Below are positions 12,403 to 25,946 of a stretch of 64,000 nucleotides of DNA, in pieces. The stretch spans positions 4,030,001-4,094,000 of the forward strand of contig NC_043000.1 of assembly GCF_006345805.1 (NCBI RefSeq), given 5' to 3'. Source of the DNA: Octopus sinensis. Its lineage: Eukaryota. Below the pieces are notes generated by a model. The model saw only the letters and a list, made by a program, of their open reading frames with translations. It did not search any database and was not told where the DNA came from. A program made the translations under genes and the position numbers. Position 1 is the first letter of the stretch. Every line of letters begins with the position of its first letter.

Positions 12403-12921
12403 TAAGAAGCTCACTTTGCAACCATGGGGTTTCAGGCTCCATCCTGCTGTACAACGCCTTGAGCAAGTGTCTTCTATAGTCTTGAGCCAACCAATGCCTT
12501 GTGAGCGAATTTGGTAGATGGAAAATGTATGGCTGCCTGTTGTGTGTACATACATATGTACATAAGCACACACACACACACACACACACACCTATCTAAC
12601 ACGACAACAGTCAAGTCTACTCAATGCCAGCGGGACTCCCAGAACATCCTTGATGTATCTATCTATCTATCGATTTTATTTTTTTCTACTGATCCCTTTT
12701 GAACGGAATTTTACTATTTTTTCTCTGTTTTCCTTTTTCTTTTTCATTTTCGAAAAGAAAAGCTCTATATTTGTATTTGTCCCTTCTGTGTTCAGCCCTG
12801 TGCAGCCAATAAAGAAAGTTATCTGTCTGTCTGTCTATCTGTCTGTCTGTTTATCTATTTATCAGTCTATCTGTCTATCTATCTGTCTGTCTGTCTGTCT
12901 GTCTATCTGTCTATCTATCTA

Positions 12922-12992
<71 letters not shown>

Positions 12993-13262
12993 GCCTGTCT
13001 GCCTGCCTGCCTGTCTATCTATCTGTCTATCTATCTATCATGTGTGTGTGTGCATCTGACCCCCCACCTCCCCATCACTTGACAATTAGTGTTGTTTTGT
13101 TTACACCTCTATAACCTAGCTCTTAGATGAAAGAACCCATCAGAATAAGTGTTAGGCTTAAAAAAGGCATAAGTACAGGGGCTGATTTGTTTGATTAGAA
13201 CCCTTCAAGGTGGGTTCTCCAGCATGGCTGTAGTCCAATGATTGAAATTTGTAAAAAGATGA
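12403..13262 (+). mobile_element. Old, split SINE family B copy with an internal (GTCT/ATCT)n tract (12825-13038)
   Basis: 5' half (CCTTGAGCAAGTGTCTTCT) and 3' half (CCAGCATGGCTGTAGTCCAATGA) separated by microsatellite-rich filler. Confidence 0.55.
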
Positions 13263-13475
13263 AAGTTATCCAGCCTCAGGTTTGATGGATGTGACATGAA
13301 TCTGAAAAAGCAGGTAATTTGACAGGCTTTTTTTTTTTTTGCTCCATTAGCAAAGGAGTGAGTAAAATGAATTTCATTAAAAAATCCATTACTTTTGTTA
13401 GAAAGACTAGGACCTCAACCCCTCTGGAGTTTAAACTGTTTCAGGTGATTAGAACTTACTAAGAGCACAGATTGT

Positions 13476-13506
<31 letters not shown>

Positions 13507-14184
13507 GAGAGAGAAAGAAAGCGAGAGCAGTATTGATTACCTGTTTAATGTGGCAGTGGTGATCTGAGGGGATATTATCATTGATGAACTATTTAATTAA
13601 TTTCTAAGCAATTTTCCTATGCTAACAAGTCTACAATTTTGTATATTTATTTTAATTTTCTTTGTGAAAGCTATGCATCACTAATGAGGTAAGAATAATG
13701 TTAAAACATGCCTGGCAAGGTCTCATATAATTGAGGAGAAAATTAATACATATTAATCATTGGCTAATGTTTTCTTGTTCCTTGGCTATTTGCAACACCG
13801 GTGTCTGAAAAGATGCTGGTATCTTATATATCATGGCAGTGAGATTTAACTGACATGAGGATATCAGTGCCTCCCCTTGAGGAGGTCCAGTTGACCGAAA
13901 TCACGTGATATGGGAATTCCAATGCTCATGACAGATGATTCTCATCTGCTATGGTCCATGTGTATGCTTTTATGCACCAAGCCCCTTTTTGAGAGGATCT
14001 CTCAAGGCTGATAACGCAGTATTTGGTGTTCTAACAAGACATCCATATTAATTTAAATATAAAGATTACTTTTTGATATTAATACTGCTTCCCTCACTAA
14101 TGATGAATTCTTATGATATATTTCTAATCAGTTTTTTAATACTCCATATATTAAATGTTATCTTACCTATCAACTTAGTATTTG

Positions 14185-14275
14185 GAGCCTGGTGCAGCCA
14201 TCTGGTTCGCCAGTCCTCAGTCAAATCATCCAACCCATGCTAGCATAGAAAGCGGATGTTAAGCAATGATGATGA
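14185..14275 (+). mobile_element. RTE-tail fragment
   Basis: GGAGCCTGGTGCAGCCATCTGG...CCAACCCATGCTAGCATAGAAAGCGGATGTTAAGCAATGATGATG. Confidence 0.7.
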
Positions 14276-14633
14276 GTCTCTCTCTCTCTCTCTCTCTTTC
14301 TCTTTCTCTCCCTTTCTTCTGACTCACACATACACATTATCCCTTTCTCATATATGTGTGCATGTGTGTGTATCATCGTCAACATCATCATCATCATCTT
14401 TCTTAATGCTTTTTTTCCATGCCTGCATGGGCTAGATGAAATTATTCGTGGAGACAGACATTTTTTTTTTATAGCTTGATGCTCTTCCTGTTGCTAATCC
14501 TCACTTGTTTCCAAGCATAATAATATTTTCCCTAGTCCTTCAAACACAAACAGCATGAACGCCAGACATATTCTCCACAGAAAATAGCGAACAAACAACA
14601 CAACTTGTAAAATGATGAAATATATTTACAATA

Positions 14634-14798
14634 GGCGCAGGAGTGGCTGTGTGGTAAGTAGCTTGCTTATCAACCACATGGTTCCGGGTTCAGTCCCACT
14701 GTGTGGCACCTTGGGCAAGTGTCTTCTACTATAGCCTCGGGCCGACCAAAGCCTTGTGAGTGGATTTGGTAGACAGAAACTGAAAGAAGCCCGTCATA

Positions 14799-14852
<54 letters not shown>

Positions 14853-15073
14853 TGTGTGTGTTTGTGTGTCTGTGTTTGTCACCCTAGCATTGCTTGACAA
14901 CTGATGCTGGTGTGTTTACTTCCCCGTAACTTAGCGGTTCAGCAGAAGAGACTGATAGAATAAGTACTAGGCTTACAAAGAATATGTCCTGGGGTCGATT
15001 TGCTCGACTAAAGGTAGTGCTCCAGCATGGCCGCAGTCAAAATGACTGAAACAAGTAAAAGAGTAAAAGAGTA
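14634..15073 (+). mobile_element. tRNA-derived SINE family B (CORE-like domain, internal (TA)n/(TG)n)
   Basis: GGCGCAGGAGTGGCTGTGTGG head, GGGTTCAGTCCC B-box-like motif, CACCTTGGGCAAGTGTCTT CORE-like motif, (AGTAAAAG)n tail. Confidence 0.85.
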
Positions 15074-16242
15074 ATGTCAAGAAAAAGAAACCCACACGCA
15101 CACACACACGCACACACACACACATACATGCATACACATTAACAAGCATCACAGTCATACAATCTTCTGTGAAAATATGTCCAGCCGATGGGAAATATTA
15201 CTTTACTGGAAAACAGATGAAGGTTGGCAACAGGAAGTGCATCCAATCACAAAATTTGCGTCACCAAATTTCATTTGACCCATTTGAGCATGGAAAAGTT
15301 GGCATTCAGTTGATGGTAGTGATACTTGTGTGTATATGTTTGCATGTCTGTGTATGTATGTATGTATGTATGTATGTGTGTGTGTGCAAATATTTTTCCT
15401 TGTCAAAATATTTGTACATATTGTCTTATAATGATGAGATTATTTTAGTAATGTCTACTCCCTGCCTCTCATATATTCTCATAGTTTATGCCTGGTTTCT
15501 TTGTTTGTCTGATTACATATTTGTTTCTCTTACTGTGTATTGGCACTCGTTTCTCTCATACCTCTAATTGCACATGTACTTCTCTGATGTCTGTATGTGC
15601 GACTGATTTACCGCAATCAGAATTATCTCCAATTAGGCTTTATTTGTAGACAAAACTAAGATTTATTTGTATTTCAAGTGGCAGAGTAGTGTAAAAATAA
15701 ATATTTGGAAATGAAGAGACAAAATTCTTATCTTCTACAACAATTTGCTCCAGTTCCTCTGTAAATTCATCCTTTTGTTCAGAATACTTGCAGCTACTAG
15801 ATCGTAATCTTGACAATGGTAACAGAACTGCTGCTTTACATTAGTGAAAGATTAGTGATTTAGTCACATTGGTGCTGGCAGAGAAATCATTCAACTCTGA
15901 ATGATTCATTTCCTGTCATATAAGTTCGATTGCTTTAACATTTACTTCCTGTTATGAATTTCTAGTAATTGCCTTAACAACATTCAGTTCTTGTTAGATA
16001 ATTTCCCAGTGGCCCTTTTACAACATCAACTTCCTGTCACCAACCTTTACTTAATGACATGATACCGTGTTTATCTCTTTGTTATGCAGTAAAAACAAAT
16101 AGTTTATTTGCCTATCATGTGTAAATTCCAACTATGACTGAGAACAAATAGAAATGTATAGTTATGCATTGTGTTTTAGATATGTATTTTCTTACTGATT
16201 CTAGAGTCTAAAGATGAAGTCATTGGCTAATGATAATGTCAT

Positions 16243-16500
16243 CATCATCGTTAAACGTCCGCTTTCCATGCTAGCCTGGGTTGGATGATTTTGACTGAGG
16301 GCTGGCGAACCAGATGGCTGCACCAGGCTCCAATCTTGATTTGGCAGAGTTTCTACGGCTGGATGCCCTTCCTAACACCAACCACTCCAAGAGTGTAGTG
16401 GGTGCTTTTTACGTGCCACCGGCATGGGGGCCAATCAGGCGGTACTGGCAACGACCTCGCTCTAATCCTCTTACACATGCCACCAGCAGAGGTGCCAGCA
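16243..16500 (-). mobile_element. RTE-tail element
   Basis: (CAT)n CGTTAAACGTCCGCTTTCCATGCTAGC...GGATGCCCTTCCTAAC on the + strand. Confidence 0.8.
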
Positions 16501-16647
16501 AGGTGTTGTTGGCAACGATAGTTTATAGTCAGATAGTTTATAGTCATACCTGAGAATCTTCAAAAGTTAAATCAGTAACCAAAGTAACTTAAAGGTTGAT
16601 AATCTTGCCAACCTATTAGTGTTAATCCTTATCTCAAAATTAGAACT

Positions 16648-16797
16648 GTAAAATATCCTAGCACGGGGTCCTAGAACACCTGATGTGTTGGCGGCAGCTG
16701 GCACAATCTGGTAGTGGCCGGCCAGACCTCTGTATTTACTGATTTTTCTCTCCTCCGCGTTACGGTTGGCAACACCAGCGCTTGCAGCAGATGCTAA
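16648..16797 (-). pseudogene. Fragment of the restriction-like endonuclease (RLE) domain of a CRE-like non-LTR retrotransposon
   Basis: My translation ASAASAGVANRNAEERKISKYRGLAGHYQIVPAAANTSGVLGPRARIFY fits the AA..AE.RK..KY..L...Y.F.P.A.ET.G.LGP pattern. Confidence 0.6.
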
Positions 16798-17453
16798 AAC
16801 ATATCTATTGTAAATGAAATTGTTGAATATAAATTTGACTTCTATCCCGAGCAGCCCAAAGAACTACATAGAAAATCAAGTAATGATTTATAAAGCAACC
16901 AACCTGTTGTATCTAAATCTCTGTTGCATTTAAGACATCCAGTGTTTGGTATGTAATACCTCTGAAATAGATTTCACTGAAGTTCAATTTAAGTTTAGTC
17001 TTCCAGAAACTTTGGTTTTCCAAGGGGAATCAACCTATTTAGAACTTTTATAAGATTTCTAATAAATGCTTGTTATTAAAATTGATGCTTCATGGAAGAT
17101 TTCATATGAGAAGTTATTATTATTATTATTATTATACTATGTATAAAACTGTAATGAGTAACTGGATGGAAATAATTTGTTTATTGACTATTGGTCTGCT
17201 ATGATAGCTATTCCATGTGAAGTGAACGGTGTAAGGCATTGCACAAGTCAATATCTCTTATGACATCTATATTTAGAAGTTAACTCATCCATTCTGTTTT
17301 ATGTCAATAAAATGTCTCTACTCTATGAGCAGAAAAAAAATATATATATATATAAAAAAATTAAAAAAACTACTACTACAACTGCTGCTGGTAATGATAA
17401 TAATAATAATAATAAAAATATAAATGGCAGAGGTTTTCTGAGTACTAACCGTC

Positions 17454-17484
<31 letters not shown>

Positions 17485-18120
17485 ATCCTTTCTACTATAG
17501 ATTCAAACCTGATATTCTTTTTAGAGGAGGCGGTTAGTGGATTACATCGTCCCCCCTCTGTGCTTAGCTGATATTTATTTCATTGACCCTGAAAGGATGA
17601 CAGGCAAATTAAGGTGTTATTATCTGGAGTGATGCAGAGGTTCAAGGGCATAGTAGTAACTCTTACCTGGGACTGTGATGAATACTTCCTCTTTGTTATG
17701 TTATATCCTTAGGCAAGGGAATTAGCTGTTTTAACCTGTGTCTATATTGGAAGTAGCAGTAGTTGTCCAGTTTTTAGATGATTGGTCAGTGTTTGGGTAG
17801 GACAGTCATCTATAAAAGCAACATCTTTCCGGTTCTTTTTGTAAGTGTTTTAACCTTCATCATCACCATTGATTGGTGGTGATTATAATTTTTGATTTAG
17901 GTACAAGGCCAGCAGTTTTTTTGTTTTTTTTGGTGGGGGGGGTAGTCAGTGTCATCAATCCCTGCGCTAGACTGGTACTTTGCTGTCCATCCTCTCTCCA
18001 GGGTCAATAAAATGTAGTTTGCCTCAGTTGGTCTTGAACTCAGAATATATAAAGAATCAGAATACTTCAAGGTATTGTCTGACACTCTAACACTGCTAAA
18101 TAAAGACAACAACAACAATG

Positions 18121-18169
<49 letters not shown>

Positions 18170-18278
18170 CAATAACTAGTTGTACCTGTGAAAAATTCAT
18201 GGAAAACATAAAAAATGTAAGCATCTGTAAATTGTGTGCTGCTCCCATGAGAAATGTTTCTATATTGTGACAGTTAAA

Positions 18279-18380
18279 GGCGGTGAGTTGGCAGAAACGT
18301 TAGCACGCAGGGTGAAATGCTTAGCGGTATTTCGTCTGTCTTTATGTTCTGAGTTCCAATTCTGGCGAGGTCAAAGACTT
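18279..18380 (+). mobile_element. SINE family A, 5' fragment
   Basis: GGCGGTGAGTTGGCAGAAACGTTAGCACG head. Confidence 0.75.
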
Positions 18381-18855
18381 ACCATATTATTTGGTGTATG
18401 GCCAAATTCAATTGGGTAGAAGCCCTAAAAAAAAGTGTGTGTGTGTGTGTGTGTGGTTGGGACATTTATAGGCAGGGTAAATTTCAGTTCAATTGTAGAA
18501 AGGAATTCAAGTACCTGTCAGCCACTCCAAAAAAAGTCTTCTTTCTCTCTCTCTTTGACTCTCTCTATCTCTTTCTCTCTCACTTCCTCTCTCCTTTGCT
18601 CAACACATTTGTCAAATCTAACTATCTTAATTTTCTCATTAAGATTGTTGCTGCTTCAGTGCCCCAGTAGGCATGGGTGTTGAGAAGTAGTAATACAACA
18701 CATAGGTGGTGGTCTCAAATCTCTTCCAGAAATTATAAGATATCTAGTTAAACAAAATTTCTTTCAACAATTTCTTTCTCTTGAGCATGACACACGTGTC
18801 AGGTACATGCAAAAAACAAATTAGCATATCAATATTATTGATAATAATAATAATA

Positions 18856-19071
18856 ATTCTTTCTGCTATAAGCACAAGTCCTGGATTCTGTTAGGAGGGA
18901 GACAGTCAATCATATTGACCCAAGTGTTTCACTGGTACTTAATTTTTGACCCTGAAAGGATGAAATGCAAAGTCGACCTTGGCAAAATTTGAACTCAGAA
19001 TGTAAAGAAGGATGAAATACCACTGAGCATTTTGCCCAACATGCTAAAGATTCTGCCAGCTTGCCGCCTTA

Positions 19072-19125
<54 letters not shown>

Positions 19126-19760
19126 TATTATTATTATTATTATTAATTTTATTAATTTTAATAATAATTTAAATTTTGGCACAAGGCCAGCAATTTCAGT
19201 GGATGGATGAAGCCAATTACATTGACCCCAGTGCATAACTGGTACTTATTTTATTGACCTCAAAAAGATGAAGGGCAAAGTCAATCTCAGCAGAATTTGA
19301 ATCCTTTCTGCTGTCAGCACAAGGTCTGAAATTTTGGGGTAGGAGGCTAGTCAATTTCTTCAACCCCAGTGCATAACTGGTACTTATTTTATTGACCTCA
19401 AAAAGATGAAGGGCAAAGTCAATCTCAGCAGAATTTGAATCCTTTCTGCTGTCAGCACAAGGTCTGAAATTTTGGGGTAGGAGGCTAGTCAATTTCTTCA
19501 ACCCCAGTGCATAACTGGTACTTATTTTATTGACCCTGAAAGGATGAAATGCAAAGTAGACCTTGGCAGTAATTGAATAATAATAATAATAATAATTGTT
19601 TCAATTTGTGGCACAAAGCCAGCAAGTTTGCGGGAGAAAGGGTTTGTTGATTGTATGTGATCCCAGTATTAGATTGGTACCTTATTTTACCAACTCTGGA
19701 GGTATAACAGGCATATTATCTCTAGCAAGATTTGAATCTAGAACATACAGAGACATGAGT
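18856..19760 (-). mobile_element. Cluster of SINE family A-related copies, including a 138-bp tandem repeat (19226-19580) and (AAT)n tracts
   Basis: Repeated CCCCAGTGCATAACTGGTACTTA at 19226, 19364 and 19502; AAAGGATGAAA...AAAGTC domain. Confidence 0.75.
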
Positions 19761-20169
19761 AAATAAGTTATCCATAGTTTCTGAAATCATCTCAATAACA
19801 AAGAGCTGAGGAATGTGGGTTTGTTGTTTGTGAGACTTGGAATATTTTTAAATGATTGAAAAGTGTTAAGTTGTCTCAGAGAATTCCTGACTAATAATCA
19901 CTGCAAAAATGATTATGTTATTACTCTCTTAATGTGGGAGAGAGAATATGAGAGTGGATGAGATGATGGGTGCATTAAAACAAGAGACAGACAGGTGTGT
20001 GTGTGTGTGTGGATGGATGGGTGCATGCGTGCGTGCATGTGTGTGATAGAGGTAAGATGGAATGATACAGAGATGTGAATAATTCAGTAAGAAAAGTAGG
20101 TATATGTGTATATTTAGATGGAAACTGAGAGTTTCAGAGAGAGAGAAGAGAGGAAGGAGGGAGGGACAA

Positions 20170-20202
<33 letters not shown>

Positions 20203-20560
20203 TAGACAGACAGACAGACAGTAAAATACAAGATAGCTGTGAATATTTGATAAGTTGATTCATTGCTGTCTCTGTCTATTGTGGCTTCATTTTCTCATAA
20301 TTAGTGATTGTATCAGGTGATTTTCTGACTGAAATTGAACTGTTGCTCTGTTAATCTGTTCTGATAATGATTTACATGTCTTAAACCATAGATTAGTAAT
20401 CTAATTCTTGTAATAAATCATGTCTTACCAACACGGAAGGCCTGAATCACAATTAGTCAGTAATCTGTTTCCATTCTGAAATGTTTTTTGTGCTGTTAAG
20501 CTTTGTTGTTAGTCTTATATCTTTAGAGGATAAACTACCCCATATTTTAACCCTTGGGAA

Positions 20561-20791
20561 GGCAGCGAGCTGGCAGAAACGTTAGCACGCCGGGCGAAAT
20601 GCGTGGCCGTATTTCGTCTGTCGTTATGTTCCGAGTTCAAATTCCGCTGAGGTCGACTTTGCCTTTCATCCTTTCGGGGTCGATAAATTAAGTACCAGTT
20701 ACGCACTGGGGTCGATGTAATCGACTTAATCCATTTGTCTGTCCTTGTTTGTCCCCTCTGTGTTTAGCCCCTAGTGGGTAGTAAAGAAATA
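20561..20791 (+). mobile_element. Full-length SINE family A
   Basis: Complete head-to-GTAAAGAAATA sequence. Confidence 0.9.
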
Positions 20792-20984
20792 TATATTTTA
20801 TCCCTTGGGTTAGCAATTGATTGGGGCTCTCTACTCAAATTGCAGTCGGTCACTAGGAGTCAGATATAATTGTCCACTTCCATGTGTAAACTGTCTCTTG
20901 AAGTTAATTATATTAAAGAGTATGATACCATACTGAGAGGAGTGCATGGTAAGGGTAGACATCAGTGATTGATTTCACTGGAAT

Positions 20985-21480
20985 AATTCTTCCTTTCTAC
21001 TATAAGCTCAAGGCTTGAAATTTTAAGGAAGTGGACAATCGATTACATTACATTGTGGAGGCACATGACTTAGTGGTTAGGGTGTTGGACTCGTGACTAT
21101 AAGATTGTGGTTTTGATTCCTGGACCGGATGATGTGTTGTGTTCTTGAGCAAAACACTTCATTTCATGTTGCTCCAGTCCACTCAGCTGGCAAAAGTGAG
21201 TATTCCTGCAATGGACTAGCATCCCTTCCAGTGGGGTAGTATATACACCAGAGAATCCGGGAAACCAGTCCTATGTGTCTATATGACTTGGGAAGGAGTT
21301 TTGTCCTTTATTCTTAGTTGATTACATTGACTCCAGTACTCAACTGGTACTTATTTTATTAACTCCCCAAGAAAGATGAAAAGCAAAGTTGACTTCTGTG
21401 GAATTTGAACACAGAATGTAAAGCCAGAAGAAATGCCAGTAAGCATTTTATCTGGTGTGCTAACAATTCTGCCAGCTCAC
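20985..21480 (-). mobile_element. SINE family A-related copy interrupted by a family C SINE
   Basis: The two halves join across the insertion. Confidence 0.7.
21050..21319 (+). mobile_element. tRNA-derived SINE family C (Meta/V-like central domain)
   Basis: TGACTTAGTGGTTAGG A-box, GTTCTTGAGCAAAACACTT...GCTCCAGTCCACTCAGCTGG; 9-bp TSD GATTACATT at 21041 and 21320. Confidence 0.8.
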
Positions 21481-21492
21481 GGACTCAATATA

Positions 21493-21893
21493 TCTTCTTT
21501 ATATATAAAAGTAAGCTTGTGTGCTGTCTGTCTCCTACGATTTAGATTCCTAATTACTCCCACATTTTGCGGTGCAGTTTAACCAAAACCGGGTATCTTA
21601 TAGTCGTGATTCATATCAAGCCCTTCTGGGTATTAGCGCGCGTCTACGATGAGTCTACGATTTTAAAAAGAATTTACCATAGATTTTTCCCATTTTTAAT
21701 GCATTTTTGGCATATATAAGGGAAGTAACTCTCTAAAAATTTATTATTAAATCTCAGAACGTAAAAAGCTACAGTAACACCCCCCCCCTTTGTGGTTAGC
21801 CATATTGAGATGGCTATTATACTTTACATCTCTAAAAATGCTTATATAGTTATTTCCTTTACAAACCCGAGCAACGCCGGGCGATACTGCTAG
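21493..21893 (+). mobile_element. Non-autonomous Helitron
   Basis: A|TC 5' end, CTAG|T 3' end, subterminal hairpin CCCGAGCAACGCCGGG, no TSD. Confidence 0.85.
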
Positions 21894-22107
21894 TATTGAA
21901 TATAATTGTACCAGCTAAGTCAGATGCCTATCTATTACTTGCAGTAGTGTGCTTTAGCTAATAGCTTAATATCTCTGTTAGAACTAGAACCTGGTGTGTC
22001 TAATATTTGTGTTGACTATTCAACACTGCATACCTTGAAATATTCTTGCTAGATGGTAGGGTATCATTTGAGGTGGATTTGGCTAACATTTCTAACATTT
22101 CTGCGTA

Positions 22108-22532
22108 GGCGCAGGAGTGGCTGTGTGGTAAGTAGCTTGCTAACCAACCACATGGTTCCGGGTTCAGTCCCACTGCGTGGCATCTTGGGCAAGTGTCTTC
22201 TGCTATAGCCCCGGGCTGACCAATGCCTTGTGAGTGGATTTGGTAGACGGAAACTGAAAGAAGCCTGTCGTATATATATGTATATATATATATATATATG
22301 TGTGGATGTGTGTGTTTGTGTGTCTGTGTATGTCCCCCTAGCATTGCTTGACAACCGATGCTGGTGTGTTTACGTCCCCGTCACTTAGCGGTTCGGCAAA
22401 AGAGACCGATAGAATAAGTACTGGGCTTCCAAAGAATAAGTCCCGGGGTCGATTTGCTCGACTAAAGGCGGTGCCCCAGCATGGCCGCAGTCAAATGACT
22501 GAAACCAGTAAAAGAGTAAAAAGAGAAAGAGT
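22108..22532 (+). mobile_element. Full-length SINE family B
   Basis: Same architecture as 14634-15073. Confidence 0.9.
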
Positions 22533-23285
22533 ATGTAGAACCACGTAGTGGCTCCTTCATTGGCTCGTTTTCTTGTTATCATTCCAAGGATTAACGTGGA
22601 GTTGTAAAAATTTTGAGTGAATAGAATATGATGTCTTTAGAATGGGCAGCTGCAATAGCTGTAATAAAGAAAGTGGTTCAACTTTATATTGTTAGTTGCT
22701 TTGTCTTCATAAAGAATTTAACTATAAAAGCTAAATGACCTGCATTGAGATGTGTACAATGTCTTGTCTGACACAATTGAACATCAGTAATCTCTCTTGA
22801 AGTTTTCTATTGTTATAGAAACCATTAAATAGTGTCTTCCAGTACGAATTCTTTGAACTTGTTGTTGATTCATCTCTATCCTTAATCTAATTGCATTAAA
22901 TTATAGTTAATTATTCTGATCAGTTTAACAATACAGTATATTTATGATGATCCTTTTGTTCTAATGTAAGGATGACAGGAATCTCCTTATTTTAAAAAGA
23001 GATTTACATTCAGTGTTGTCTACCCTTTCAACCTCTAAGACTGGATCCAATGCAACCACTTTGGCTTCTGTTAGGAATTTGAGATTTACTTAATAGCAGA
23101 AAAGTAAACGGCAAATAGATGAGATGAGGTGAAAATAGGGCGAATGAAATATACAGTCTCTTACCGTATTCATGAATGAATTCACCCCACTTGTTGCATG
23201 CTGGGGACGATGGTTTTAAGGTGAGGGAATGTTAACTGTTAGGATGATTGTGGAGTTGTTGTGTAGAGAAAAGTTAAATGGTGTA

Positions 23286-23508
23286 ATGGCAGAAACGTTA
23301 GCACGCCGGGCGAAATGCGTAGCTGTATTTTGTCTGCCGTTACGTTCTGAGTTCAAATTCCGCCGAGGTTGACTTTGCCGTTCATCCTTTCGGGATCGAT
23401 AAATTAAGTACCAGTTACGCACTGGGGTCGATGTAATCAACTTAATCCGTTTGTCTGTCCTTGTTTGTCCCCTCTGTGTTTAGCCCCTTGTGGGCAATAA
23501 AGAAATAG
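23286..23508 (+). mobile_element. SINE family A, slightly 5'-truncated
   Basis: GGCAGAAACGTTAGCACG...AAAGAAATAG. Confidence 0.9.
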
Positions 23509-23867
23509 GTATGTTATAAAGACATTACAATGATGAGGGACAGTGTTCTCTTTTCCCCCCTCATCTTCACTTTACACTGTTGCAGTAAAAATAAAGTGAA
23601 AGTAATAAGCATTAACTGTATCAAGTTTTGTGTTGAGTTGACAGGTACTTAACCAAACAATTGACCAGTTCTTACAACCAACTCCATCACATAGCTATCA
23701 TATGTCATTTGCACACTAATAGAGACTTAACAAACATGTTGGAGATAACTGCCTTAGAAATGTCCCTCATGCCCCCTCCAGGAATTCAAATGATTGATTA
23801 TGGGATACCCTCATATTAATGTCTCATTAACTAGTATAAGACCCAAGCTATTGGGTTTAAAGAAGAT

Positions 23868-24080
23868 CATCATCATTCATCATTGTTCGACCGTGGTCGA
23901 GACAAAGGAATTTACTATGCTACGCCAGACTTCATGGTCCATCATAGCATTATGGAGGTCCTGTTGCTGGATGCCTGTATCCCTGGAGATTACATCAGGG
24001 TCGGAGAGTGTGTGCCCTCTGGTATCGCGTGTAGATGGCTTCCAGAGAAGAGTAGAAATTTCTTCGTTTTCAGCTCTACT
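23868..24080 (-). pseudogene. 3' end of a LINE (RTE/RTEX-like) ORF with a (GAT/ATG)n tail; absent from the ORF track
   Basis: My translation SRAENEEISTLLWKPSTRDTRGHTLSDPDVISRDTGIQQQDLHNAMMDHEVWRSIVNSFVSTTVEQ** followed directly by a trinucleotide tail. Confidence 0.7.
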
Positions 24081-24254
24081 AAAGAAGAAGGGGAATGATA
24101 TAAGTATGGCAACTACATCTAAGAACTCTACTTAACTTTCTGACTCTTATAATTGAGAGGTTACCCCTACTATGTGGTACTACCCATAACTATTAAGAAG
24201 GTAGATAGAAGTTACTAATTTAGATGGCTTAGTCTCCATGTATCACTATCTACA

Positions 24255-24980
24255 AAACTAATAATTGCTTCTTAGATAGGTACAGGACCAAAACATTTTG
24301 GGAAAGGAGTTAGTTAAATCAACTGCGGCACTTGACTAGTATTTTATTTCATTGGCCCCTACGAAAAGATGACAGGTAAATTTGAGTTGTTAGGGATTGA
24401 ATTTAGAAAGTAAAGGGCTGCAAAGCATTTTGTCCGATGCTCTAGTGGTTCTTCCAGTCCACCACACTAATAATAATGACGATAATCCTTTCTACTATAG
24501 ACACAAGGCCTGAAATTTGGGGGAGGAGATAGTCGATTACATCGACCTCCCAGTACACAACTGGTACTTAGTCTATCGACACCGAAAAGATGAAAGGCAA
24601 AGTGGGCATCAGTGGAATTTGAACTTGGAACATAAACAGATGAAATGCTGCTTAGCAATTTGCCTGGTGTGCTTATGATTCTGCAAGCTCACCATCTTAC
24701 CACTACCACCACTACTACTACTACTACTACTAATAATAATAATAATAATGATAATAATGATAATAACAATTGTTTCTAGCATAGGTGCAAAGCCTGAAAT
24801 TTGGAAGAGGAAGTTAGTTATATTGACCTCAATACTTGACAAGAAATTTATTTAGTCAGTTCCGGAGGGATAAAAGCTAGAGTTGATCTGGCAGGATTTG
24901 AACTCAGAATGTAATGAGTCAGAACAAATATCAACGAGGCAATTTTTTCAACCACTCTAACAATTCTGCCATCCACTGCC
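24255..24980 (-). mobile_element. Three adjacent degenerate SINE family A-related copies separated by trinucleotide repeats
   Basis: Recurrent AAAAGATGA(A/C)AGG, GAATTTGAAC and GATTCTGC motifs. Confidence 0.6.
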
Positions 24981-24984
24981 CATT

Positions 24985-24987
24985 ATG

Positions 24988-25022
<35 letters not shown>

Positions 25023-25064
25023 TATAATAATGATAATGATAATAACAATAATAGTAGTAGTAGC

Positions 25065-25110
<46 letters not shown>
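24985..25110. repeat. Compound (AAT)n/(AGT)n microsatellite
   Basis: Visible directly. Confidence 0.95.
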
Positions 25111-25946
25111 AGTTTGAGAGTTAGAGCTATTGTGAATTGGTTTTGTATCAGGATGATGTTGATTTAATGTTAGAGAAACATTAACACACACTCACACATG
25201 CTCATGCATGCACACACACACACATTGTTGTGATTATATTTATATATAGACCATGTGGGAAATAACCTCCAGAGTATATTTCTTTTGTGTCTTTTATATA
25301 CTCCATAATTCAGAACAAACGTTGCATAAGATGGCTTCTTTCCCATAATGCCCCTTGACATTATTGTATGTATCTCCACTGATTATGTTACATCTCCCTC
25401 TTTTCAGTTAAACAGAAATATAGCCTTGTTTCTTTGTGTTGCCATAACCATAAATCTTTTCTTCGAAACAATATTGTCACAAAAGCAATTCGCTTTATCA
25501 AAACAACCTATATAAGGCATTTCCAATAAACATTGAACAGGATATGCACTTCCATAGTCTTTTCTTTACACAGCAGTGTTTTTGTTCCCCTCAACACAAT
25601 GTTATTTTTACCTTTTGTATTTATTTATTCCCCCATCCCTTTCTTCATAATACAAGTCCAGTGTAGTGGATTTAAACTACAAATCTTTCAGAGCTTGATC
25701 TGTGGTCTGGATTAGGTGTTTGCAGTTTCAGGAATGACACTGGATCATGTTTGTATGGGTTCAGTTGTGTGTCTGATGCACTTTGCTCTGTTCATGGAAA
25801 TAAGACGGTGTCTGTTTCTGTATTTAGATCCGTGAAATATATCTACTGTCTGTGGTCTGGACTAGGTGTTTGTGATTTCAGGAATGACAGTGGATCGTGT
25901 TTGTATGGGTTCAGTTGTGTGTCTGTTGCACTTAGCTCGATTCATG

